A stretch of DNA of 63,998 bases, the filler included, from Octopus bimaculoides (lineage: Eukaryota): the NCBI RefSeq assembly GCF_001194135.2. It is 5 parts of 5 records of this genome, joined end to end, with 100 filler letters (N's around TTAATTAATTAA, not from the genome) between each part and the next. Parts side by side here need not be neighbours in the genome. Positions count along the whole stretch, not along the records: positions 1 to 23,230 come from NC_069000.1; 4 more parts are not named here. One strand, 5' to 3'. Position numbers and translations under genes: made by a program. Below are positions 1-11,514 of this stretch, in pieces; positions within the stretch are counted from its first letter, which is position 1, and every line of letters starts with the position of its first letter. Below the pieces are notes generated by a model. That model was not told where the DNA came from. It did no database searches and worked only from the letters and a program-made list of their open reading frames with translations.

Positions 1-70
1 TAGACGGAAACTGAAAGAAGCCCGTCATGTATGTGCGTCTTTCTTCTCTCTTTGACTTTTCTCCCTCTCC

Positions 71-106
71 TGTGTCTGACGAAGAGCTTTGCTCGAAATG
101 TAAAAC
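71..106 (+). ncRNA. Minimal type I hammerhead ribozyme-like motif (Penelope-type), slightly decayed
   Basis: CTGACGA (76-82), A, stem II GAGC-ttt-GCTC (84-94), GAAA (95-98), TGTA (a GUA cleavage triplet); stem I GTGT/AAAC pairs at 3 of 4 positions. Confidence 0.55.
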
Positions 107-214
107 TACCTCTCTTTCCTTCCCTTGTCGTCTGTTAATACTTTGCATGTACTACGTCCTCCTGTCGGTTTTTTCTTGTATTTGTACTTGGTTTTTTTTT
201 TTTGGATTAACTAT

Positions 215-249
<35 letters not shown>

Positions 250-932
250 GAGAGAGAGAGAGAACGAGAGAGGAACAAAGAGAGAGGAGAGAGGGGAGAA
301 AAGATGAGTTGTACAGCAAACATGTAATTGGAATGGTTAGAAACATCTGGCCCAGAGTCGCAACTTCTAATTCAGCAGAGCTATTGCTGGTGTGCGGGAG
401 TTTTGTCACCTACATCAACAGATGGCAGCAAGCAGCTTTGATGTCGTGATGGAACGGTCCAAAAACTCCTACAGAGCAGATTCGCTGCCTGATGAGATAT
501 CGATTCCTGCATTCTGTTACAGAGTACAGCATCACTTTTATCACACTAGTGTTAACCTACACACACACACATATAAATGCATGTATATATACGCTTACAT
601 TCACTCGCGCAAACACAGGAAATTTTGTATGTGCAGGCATGTATATATGTATGTACGTATATGTGTGTATGCTGGTGTCTGAAGCACGTGAATATGCATT
701 ATGAGCTCTGGCTATAATTTACGTTGCCGTTTTACTGTTACGTAGTTTTATGACGTCACTGGTCGACAGCTTCACTCCTGGTGAACGACCTTTCCAGAAG
801 AAAGCACGAGACATTGTATCTGACACCTAAGTAGAGCCAACAATTTCAAAACAGGTATCTTCACAACCACTCACTTGATATTTCAAGGTTATAACGCCGA
901 CTTTTACTACGGAGATGTTCAGATGTGTCTTC

Positions 933-949
933 TATATATATATATATAT

Positions 950-1018
<69 letters not shown>

Positions 1019-1020
1019 AA
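933..1020. repeat. (TA)n/(CA)n microsatellite, representative of dozens in the window
   Basis: Directly visible; (TA)n, (CA)n, (TAGA)n, (TATG)n, (AAT)n, (GAT)n and (CAC)n tracts recur throughout and flank most N gaps. Confidence 0.98.
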
Positions 1021-1760
1021 TATAAATTAATTTTATAGCAGGCGATATATGTATGTGTGTGTGTGTGTTTATGTGTATGCGTGCGTGTGCCTGTGTGCGT
1101 TTGTGTGCGTGTGGGTGGATGGGCTAGGTTGATTCTTTTATTTATATTGATTGTATTAACAAATAAATAAAGTATTCATCTGTGATGAATAATGAATGTC
1201 ATAATACATAGTCGCTGTTACTATTGCTACTACGTGAAAGAATTAATACATTTATATAAAGAAATATATTTTTTAATATAGAAAATTAAGAAGTGCTTTT
1301 GTTGGTATTGCTGTTTGGAATAATAACTATGTGGTAGCTGCTATTTCTAGCACGCTAAACGTAGTAGGATTACCTCGAAGTTTGTTTAAATTACAGATAT
1401 ATTACAACTACGATAAATTAATAAAAGAAATATTTACTTAGCAAATGAGATTTTTTAATAAATTGAAGTTTTCAGGAAAATTTACTTTCTCAATTTCTAT
1501 TTATTATTGAATATTTCAAGTTCGCAAATTTAAATATTCGGTACAAGTTATTTTTAAACGAGATTTTATTTTAACGAGATTTTTACTGCGATCTTTTAAC
1601 CTTAAGAAGACATCTCCTCTACCTGGTTGACAATGCACAGCTACATCCGATATATTGCGAGCAAGAGAGCGAAGCCCTACCGCGTTCCAGCGACGGGACA
1701 AGCACACCAGCCTGGTTTCGGGCTATTTCTGCCTCTCTCCAGTACTGGACACTTCGTCGG

Positions 1761-1799
<39 letters not shown>

Positions 1800-1805
1800 T
1801 ACATA

Positions 1806-1950
1806 GCTGTGTGGCAAAAAATTTGCTTCCCAGCCATAAGTTCCCAGGTTCACTTCCACTGCCGGGTAAGTGTCTTTTCTTATAGCCGCGGGCCGACCAA
1901 AATCTTACCAGTGAATTTAGTAGATGGAAACTGAAATAAGTCAGTAGTAT
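1806..1950 (+). mobile_element. tRNA-derived SINE family B (CORE-like), 5' fragment
   Basis: gctgtgtgg...ttgcttccc..cca head and gatggaaactgaaa segment shared with copies at 21555-21930, 26447-26830, 37090-37415, 49375-49720 and 61470-61650. Confidence 0.75.
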
Positions 1951-2195
1951 ATATACATGTATGTATCTGTCAATATGTGTGTGTTTTGCGTATGGTTTTC
2001 TTCCTCCACCACTTCATAACCGGTGTTGGGTTGTTTACGCCCGCGTGAAAGAGACAGCTAGAATAAGTACCCAGGCTTCAAAAAAACTAAAACAAAGTAA
2101 GTACTTGGATCGATTCGTTCTCGTAAAATTTTTTAAGGCAATTCCCCCAGCATGGTCACAGTCTAATGAGTGAAACAAGTAAAAGATAAAAGAAG

Positions 2196-2226
<31 letters not shown>

Positions 2227-2255
2227 CTATATATATGTATGTATATATATGTCTT

Positions 2256-2332
<77 letters not shown>

Positions 2333-3027
2333 TCATATATGTATATATGCGTGTGTGTATATATATATATATATAAATATGTCTTCATATATGCATGAAG
2401 AGGGGAGAAGAAAGCGGGGGGAAATGCGTAGAGAAAGACTAAAATAAAGATAGAAAGAAATAAAGAAAGCATTATAAAGGCTACATACAATGAAATTCTA
2501 TCTCATTAACCATTTAGTGGTTACTATGATTCACTTACATCCTTATCCCACCTCTATCTGGGCCAAACTCTCTGATCTAGAAATTAGTTAATTGACATTA
2601 TGTAGCAAGTCTCTAAGTATTCTCTATCCGTAAATAACTTAATCGGACCGCAGTTTCAGCTACTTTATGCTTATTAACCTGTTTTCCTTTCCACTCAGAC
2701 TGTGATGGTGATAATTACCGTGATGACGACAATAGTAGTGATGATGGTGATGTTACTAATGATCATGATGCTGATGCTGATGATTATGATGATGATGATG
2801 AGGAGGAGGAGGAGGAGGAGGAGGTGGGGGCGGATGATGGTAATGTTGATGATGATGTCATATCTCGGTTACACTCGTACACTCTTTATTATTGTTGTTG
2901 TTGTTGTTCTTCTTCTTTTTTCTTATATGGAATTTCTTTATTTATCGCTATGCAAGGAAATTTTGACCAACCTGGAAGTTTGTTTGTACAGGATTGAAAG
3001 GAAAATAGGTTTGATTATATTTTGTTT

Positions 3028-3266
3028 CTTATTTCTTTATTGCCCACAAGGGGCTAAACATAGAGAGTGGACAAACACGGACAGACAAAGAGAGTAAGTT
3101 GATTACATCGACCCGAGTGCGTAACTGGTACTTAATTTATCGACCCCGAAAGGATGAAAAGCAAAGTCGACCTCGGCAGAATTTGAACTCAGAACGTAAC
3201 GGCAGACGAAATACCGCAAAGAATTTCGCCCGGCGTGCTAACGGCTCTGCCAGCTCACCGCCTTAC
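3028..3266 (-). mobile_element. Full-length tRNA-derived SINE family A with 18-bp target-site duplication
   Basis: Head aggcggtgagctggcag, B-box-like gttctgagttcaaattc, central gtcgactttgc..ttcatcctttcggggtcgataaa; TSD tttgattatattttgttt at 3010-3027 and 3267-3284. Confidence 0.9.
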
Positions 3267-3413
3267 TTTGATTATATTTTGTTTGTTGTTTGTCTATACA
3301 AAATGAGTATGCGGAGCACGCACCGAAACCACAGCAAAAATGATGGCAAAAAAGAAAATCAGCAAAAAGTATTTTTGCAGCAACACAAGCATAATAACCA
3401 CAACAGTAATAGC

Positions 3414-3444
<31 letters not shown>

Positions 3445-4184
3445 TTAACAAATATAGCACACGTTCGCAATTTGTCAGAGGAAAATGATTCTGCAATTTT
3501 CTGTAATTCTTAATGTCAGCAAAATGGGTGGAATCCATCCTTTCCAAAAGTTCGCTGCAATAGTTGAACGCTAGCCTTGGGTCATCTGAGAGAAACAACA
3601 GCTATTTGGAAACATTTCGTCACAGCGTCTTTTCATGTGTTTGAGAAGAAGACTTGAAGGTTTCGAATACGTTAGAGTAAAATCTCCTCTATTGGGCGGG
3701 GCAAGTATATTCAAGTATATTATTCGAGTTTGAAACCGATGACAAGATAAGGGGACAAGTTAGACTAGTGAGAGGCATCTCTGCCCGTAGGCTAGCTCTC
3801 CAATAAATGGAATTATGAAATATAGAAACCACCATGAAAGACACTGGACACGACGTTGACCTTTGGTTCGTTGTCCATTTTCTGACTCAATACGGTCACA
3901 AGGTCAATGCTGACCTATTCTAAAAACACGTTCTTGTCGGGTGGAATTATTAGGGGTGATATGTCCTGATGATCCTCGTCTCCGGAAAACAATAAGGTGT
4001 TTCTGAGACTGTGCTCTGTGGCGGGCAAATATGATTGTGCAGATCGTGAAGTCAAGCTGCTCCACATGTGACAGCAATAGTCGTTTAAAAGACTTCTAAA
4101 CGTAAGACTAGTGAAACTAAAGGCAAAATAAAATCAGATGGGCAAACAGCTACAAGAAGACTACGAGGCTGTTGGTCGCTGGAC

Positions 4185-4390
4185 TGTATGAGATGCAGCT
4201 CCGGTATGCTTAGCGGTATTTCGTCTGTCTACTCGTTCTGAGTTCAAACTCCACTGAGGTCAACTTTGTCTTTCATTCTTTCGGGGTCGATAAAATGAGT
4301 ACCGGTCGAGCACTGGGATCGATGTAATCAACTAGTTCCCTCCCCAAAAATTTCGGGCCTTCTTCTTATAGTAGAAAGGATTATGGTTAT
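4185..4390 (+). mobile_element. SINE family A
   Basis: gttctgagttcaaactccactgaggtcaactttgtctttcattctttcggggtcgataaaa core; tail ccttcttcttatagtagaaaggattat. Confidence 0.85.
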
Positions 4391-4891
4391 TATGAACTGT
4401 GTCGGTGGGTTGGGAGAATAGGTAGGGCATGGGACAACATACCTTGTGGTATTTGATCCAGCTCTGTGTTCGAATGCCGCCGAGGCTTTGCCTTTGACGG
4501 TTGGTAAAATATAAAACCAGTCAAATACTGGAGTCAGTGTAATCGACTAACCCCTCTCTATAAACTTCAGGACTTGTGCTTACGTGAGAAACAATAAGGA
4601 TTACTATTAACAACTGCCTTTGTTTGTAAACATAAACAAACACAAAACCGTCATTGAAATAGGAAGTTCCAAGCACAGACACACACACTTACGAATCACA
4701 CTTATATTTTTACATCTTCTCACTAACATATACACAAAATCATCTAATCAAATATCAGGTTACACGCAAATAGATATACATTCTGTGAGACTTCAATTTA
4801 AACAAAAGCTTATAGACATCCGCATAAATTCATTTATATACACAGATACAGTGATACTGTTTAACTATTTACATTTACAAATTCCTTCCCG

Positions 4892-4927
<36 letters not shown>

Positions 4928-5670
4928 TCACACACGAAATCACAAACAGCATAAACACATATGTACATTCACTCATGCACACTGCCATAAATACATCTAC
5001 ACGTATCCAGAGTGATTAACTTAAGTAGGAAATGATTACGTGCACGCTAATTAACCCATCTAAATTATCAGCCTTTCCTTTCTGTTTTCTATTTCTCTCC
5101 CCTTCGCTTTTTTTTTTCACTCCTGACCTCTCACTCATTTTCCCAGATTATCTGTACGCTTCACGCACTATATTTAACAGAGTTCTGGGCCTAAAATTGT
5201 CAGACAAATAGGAATGTTTCTTGATTACTCATAGTTGCAGTAGACAGCTGGGAAGATGCAGATGGGGTGGTGGAAACAAGTCTCTCTTATAGTTGGTAAA
5301 GTTCGTTGGGTAGTCTCGGTGATTTACCCTTCGTTCAGCTCTCAAACCGTACATTATTCCACTAAAATTATTGCATCTTTCAAGCGATCGTCATCACCAG
5401 CCATCAAAGTAGCGTGCCTGCCAAAAGTTCGACAAAGTCCTGCGGCACAAACAACGTGCATCTAGTTGGATATCAGACAACACGAACTCATGCGTATTAG
5501 TGGGTTTTAACATACGCCTTAGTTCTGGCAATTCAACCTTCATGCTTCCTATCGAAGGAACGGTGGCTATACATTCTCGCTATTTGTACTTCGTATGCAA
5601 TTCCCATATTTATTGCCTTCAAGAATACCTGCTGAGGTATTCTTCTCCAACCTATTGTTTTTCCCTCCTC

Positions 5671-5975
5671 TTGGCACTCCGTCGCTTACGACGACGAGGG
5701 TTCCAGTTGATCCAATCAACGGAACAGCCTGCTCGTGAAATTAACATGTAAGTGGCTGAGCACTCCACAGACACGTGTACCCTTAACGTAGTTCTTGGGG
5801 AAGAAAGAGTGAGAGAAAGTTGTGGTGAAAGAGTACAGCAGGGTTCTCCACCATCCCTTGCCGGAGCCTTGTGGAACTTTAGGTGTTTTCGTTCAATAAA
5901 CACTCACAACGCCCGGTCTGCCAATCGAAACCGCGATCCTACGACCGCGAGTCCACTGCCCTAACCACTGGGCCA
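5671..5975 (-). mobile_element. SINE family D, copy with internal deletion
   Basis: Near-identical to 57750-58046 but lacks the block between gtagttct(c/t)gggg and gaagaaagagtgagag; tRNA-like end ...ccctaaccactgggcca. Confidence 0.85.
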
Positions 5976-6789
5976 AAATGTATTTGTCGCCAAACAACTA
6001 ACAAAGTATTTATTGCCGGTTTGGCAATAGAGCCCCATTGTATAAATGTTAGGCTTAACAAAAGAACGAGTACTGGGGTCGATCCATTTGACTAGAAATA
6101 CTTCAAACCGGTACCCCCAGCATGGCTGCAATCTAAAGACTGAAAGTAAAAGATATAAGCATTTCAATTAGAGAATTCCTCTGAATACAATTTTTCTAAA
6201 ATGGTGATATTATGCTTCGAAAGTAGATTTTAAAACGATGGACATGTTCCCCTAATTTGCTAAATATTAAGTGAAAAGACAGTGTTGAGACTTCAATATA
6301 CAAGAGTCAAATTTAGATAAGCATCTCTCGGTTGCTGGGAGATCTTTAGATAGGTTACGAAGTACAACTTCAGATAAGGATCATGAAGGAGTTCTAAGAG
6401 ACAATATCTACATTGATTGATTGTAGTAATTAGGCTTAGAAACATGCAGACATGTGTTTTAGAAAATTAATTAACTAAATTAATATAACAGCCATTTACA
6501 TCTAATTGGTGTAGAATTTCTTCGAGTCTGCAGTAAAGATTAGAACCTAATTGATGCAAACGTATGCCAAACCAAAGACGTACCGTTATAGGGTTGCTTG
6601 TCTTGCTAGAAATAGCAGACAAATCTTCGTTAAATCATGCGCTGCAGTATGGATTAAGTAACTGACACATTAGATAATGCGTTTCTTCATAACTCTACAA
6701 AGTCTGGGATAGTCGCGGTTGGAGAGTCTTTGATCATATTTATTCTCCATGAGGTTTGATCTGGGTCTAAAACACAACAATATATTAAT

Positions 6790-7020
6790 GTAAGTGAAGG
6801 TGACGAGCTGGAAGAAACGTTAGCAAGCCGAGCAAAATGATTAGCGACATCTTGTCTGTCTTTACGTTCTGAGTTCAATTTCCCTCGTGGTCGACTTCGT
6901 CTATCATCCTTTCGGAATCGATAAAATAAGTACCAGTTGAATACTGGAGTCGATGTCACCGACTTAGTCCCCCTCTCCCGAAATTGTTGGCCTTGTGCTA
7001 AAATTTGAAACCAATATATT
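6790..7020 (+). mobile_element. SINE family A inserted in the first unit of a degenerate tandem duplication
   Basis: gacgagctggaagaaacgttagcaagccg...gttctgagttcaattt...gtcgacttcgtctatcatcctttcggaatcgataaaataagtacc. Confidence 0.85.
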
Positions 7021-7988
7021 AACATAAGTGCCCAGTGAGATTCACAAGTGCTTGAGCAGTTAGGATTCTATCTTGGAGTTTGATCATTAGACGGTTCCTA
7101 TTTCCTCATAGACACAAGGTTAGCCATGCGTGGCCATCTTCTTCGTACCCCTAAAAGGACTGGTATACCCACGGATGGTATGCCTTTGATCACAGGTCTT
7201 TTCCATAAGGTTTGATCTGGAGCGAAACCACAACAATATGTTAACATATGTGTCATGTGAGATTCCCAAATGTCTGACGAGCTAGAATTCTATTCTGGAG
7301 TCTAAACGTTAGACGGTTCGTATCCCGTCGCAGACAGTCGGTTAGTCGTGTCTAGCCATCTGTGAATTTATACAATGGTAACATACAGCAGATCTGTCTC
7401 CTGTACGAGCAAAAACTCGGGCACTGTATAATTGACAATTCTTTCATTAGCTTATGCTACGCAACTCAAAAAACAAGCCAAGAACTCTGGAGAAAACAGA
7501 AAAAGAAAGACATCAGGAGGACCATCTTCAATGGTGCTTGTAATAGGTCACGGGACATTAAAATTTTAGTTTTATCGACTAAAACTATTGCTATAGAAGA
7601 GAGGAGAAGGGCTTTATCATGTTGTAAATAAAACTGTTGAAACATTTAGCGATATCCAGCTCAAAAAGAAAAGAAATATCATAACAATAAATAAAATAAA
7701 AACTTCGAAAGATTATCAAAAAATTATTAGGTGGGGACGAGAAAAATATAAATACAAATGTTTCATTTAATATGTTAGGATGAAAATACTTATATTTTTT
7801 TTTGGTTACACTGTTATGTCTTTGAATCTAACAGCCACGGTTCTGTTGCTCCCAGATGAAGACTCCCGAGGGTCAACAAAAATGATGATTCTTCGTCGAG
7901 TGGTTTGATTACTATGAGGGTTTATATGTAACATAACACACGCGCACACACACCCACACACGAACACACAGGAACACAAACACACAGG

Positions 7989-8042
<54 letters not shown>

Positions 8043-8499
8043 TATACGTACACACACACTTATGTTAATGTAGACATGTATATGAAAACATGTGCGTATG
8101 TTTGTGTATGTGCGTATATATGTGTGTGTACATGTATATATAAATATGTGTANNNNNNNNNNNNNNNNNNNNNNNNNNNNNNNNNNNNNNNNNNNNNNNN
8201 NNNNNNNNNNNNNNNNNNNNNNNNNNNNNNNNNNNNNNNNNNNNNNNNNNNNNNNNNNNNNNNNNNNNNNNNNNNNNNNNNNNNNNNNNNNNNNNNNNNN
8301 NNNNNNNNNNNNNNNNNNNNNNNNNNNNNNNNNNNNNNNNNNNNNNNNNNNNNNNNNNNNNNNNNNNNNNNNNNNNNNNNNNNNNNNNNNNNNNNNNNNN
8401 NNNNNNNNNNNNNNNNNNNNNNNNNNNNNNNNNNNNNNNNNNNNNNNNNNNNNNATATATATATGTATGTATGTATGTGTGTTTGTGTGTATTTGTGTC

Positions 8500-8543
<44 letters not shown>

Positions 8544-9925
8544 AGAGAGGAAGAGAGAGATAGAGAAAGCGAGAGAAAGAAAGAGAGTGAGAGAGTTGCA
8601 GTGGAAGGAAAATTACCTATGTAAATCTTTGTGTGTGATCTGACTACAGGGAACTTCTTATCTCCCCTGCCGACCATCTGTCTCGCACGATAAAAGTTCT
8701 TCATTTTATTCTTTCTTTCTTATTGTTTCCCATATGACTCAGGTTTATAAACGACAGAATGAATAAGTTGAGATAACAATACATGCAACATATTATAGTA
8801 TCCCTCGAAAGCTTAGTCTACGAGCTTCAAATCCCGATATTCGTTGTATTGTTACAACCGCATACGACAGAATGTCTCTAAGAAGTTGCTCTCTCTCTCT
8901 CTCTCTCTCTGCTAGCAATATCGATGTAATTCTCCTCCATATTGCCAAACCACCTTAGAGTAATACAAGTTATTAAATCCTGAATTCACAGGAATATTGC
9001 GGTCGATGAGGTTTACACCTTCATCCACATACAGTCTTAATAAAAATCTATTCGAGAAATTCACTCGTAATTTCTTTGCTTCAAGAATCCTGAGACACGT
9101 AATAACAACCAAATGTCCCTCAAATTATGCCCCACAGCATTGCTCCCCCCCCCAAAAAAAAATGGGGGCGGGGCAATGACAACATACTAGGAACATTTTA
9201 CCTCTGTATTTAAGAGAAAAGCATTATCAGTACACGGCATGGTCGCGGACGGAGAGCCTTTTGATCATACTTTTAAAGATCTCTTAGGATACACCCTACC
9301 ATCGTAATGCAAAACAACATAGCTGGTCTGACGAGGGGGAGGTGCTAAGTACCTCCACCACCAACACTACCAACAGCATCACTAGCACCAATACCACCAC
9401 CAGCATCACCACCACCATCATCACCACCACCACCACCACCATCAAAACCAACAACAACACCCACGATGACCAACAATAACAACACATAAAACGTACATAA
9501 AATCACAAAGACAATGAAACAAAGCACATTAACAGGCGGTGCTCCATCATGGTCGTGCTCGTAATGGCTAAACCAAACGAAAGAACTAAAGAACTAACAT
9601 ATGGTAAACTAAACATATGTAGAAAGAAGCCAATGTGGTTGTCAGTGAGTGGTCGATAATTGTGCTAAAAATGGCAGCCAAGTTACGCCCTGGACCATAA
9701 TGATAAGAAAAAAAATTCGAAACAAAACAGAAAAAAAAATGAAGGTGGTGGTCACGGCCGGAACGACGCCCTTGACTGGCAAAGTCTGATTGATCATGGC
9801 TGACATGCTAACTAAACAAGCACAACAACAATAACTACACATGGAAGATGAAATGAATGAATTTCACAGTAATATTTTGCATATTATGCCTTACACTGAA
9901 TGACACATGGACATGCACACACATA

Positions 9926-10044
<119 letters not shown>

Positions 10045-10232
10045 CATGTACACAGGAAGTGATAAACGAACGTGTACGCCATTTACTTTTACGCACGCAT
10101 GTACGAGCGCGCGAAATCAAACACGAACTGGAAAAACACTTGCACGTTAACTAACAGGCATCGAACGGAACTGCACTAGCAGCGGCAGCAGCGGCAGCAG
10201 CAGCAGTAGAAGTACTGATGGTGGTGGTGGTG

Positions 10233-10286
<54 letters not shown>

Positions 10287-10796
10287 TTACGTGAAAGAAG
10301 CGAGTAGTGGGTTCCACCGATTAACACAAGACAGTTGTACGATACACATGTACAAACACACACACACACACGTATATATATNNNNNNNNNNNNNNNNNNN
10401 NNNNNNNNNNNNNNNNNNNNNNNNNNNNNNNNNNNNNNNNNNNNNNNNNNNNNNNNNNNNNNNNNNNNNNNNNNNNNNNNNNNNNNNNNNNNNNNNNNNN
10501 NNNNNNNNNNNNNNNNNNNNNNNNNNNNNNNNNNNNNNNNNNNNNNNNNNNNNNNNNNNNNNNNNNNNNNNNNNNNNNNNNNNNNNNNNNNNNNNNNNNN
10601 NNNNNNNNNNNNNNNNNNNNNNNNNNNNNNNNNNNNNNNNNNNNNNNNNNNNNNNNNNNNNNNNNNNNNNNNNNNNNNNNNNNNNNNNNNNNNNNNNNNN
10701 NNNNNNNNNNNNNNNNNTATATATATATATATATATGCACACATATATGCATATAGATATACAGTTGTATATAAATATATGAGTGTCTGTGTCTAT

Positions 10797-10836
<40 letters not shown>

Positions 10837-11000
10837 ATATATGCGTGTATGTAAACATATGAATATGCGTATTTGTATTTTCCGCCGCACATGTGTATTT
10901 ATGTGTGTATGAATGTGCATATGTGCCTGTGTCTGTGTATATGTGTGTGTGAGAGTATCTGTCTGTGTCTGTGTCTGTGTCTGTGTGTGTCTCTCTCTCT

Positions 11001-11038
<38 letters not shown>

Positions 11039-11466
11039 TTGTGTGTGTAAAAGAAGGCCAACTATCCTAGCAGAAACACGCGTCTGTTGAATCTATTAAA
11101 AAGACGACTTGGCTCGGCCGATGTGGCGCGATTCTGAATCAGCTTTGATCTTGCTGCCATCTGGAGGGCGTTCTTCTCCAAAAGATACATTCCCATCGGG
11201 GGGTCCCGAATAATTAGAACCCTGTTGCTTTATACTTATCTCACTCACATCAGTGTATGTGGAAAACCCAGGAGGACATTTTAACCCTGTACCAGTTGGC
11301 AAGACGTTCTCAGAATCTCATGTGCGTATATGCGTGTATACAAGACTAAAGGGAATTCATCAACATTACGCCTTCCTCAAATTATATACATGTGTGTGTG
11401 TGTGTGTATGTGCTGTAACACAACAATCTAAAGTTATAAATACATACATACACATATGTAAATTTA

Positions 11467-11514
<48 letters not shown>

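Noticed and set aside
3630-3680. gagaagaagac..ggtttcgaatacgttagag, faintly hammerhead-like
   Set aside because: Core, stem I and stem II are all broken; too degenerate to support.
5621-5644. Perfect 10-bp hairpin aagaatacct-gctg-aggtattctt
   Set aside because: Isolated short palindrome, plausible by chance in 64 kb; bacterial terminator logic does not apply here.
11096-11302. Minus-strand ORF with CPPGF and a possible GTGAGT donor
   Set aside because: No convincing acceptor, no partner exons and no recognisable domain.
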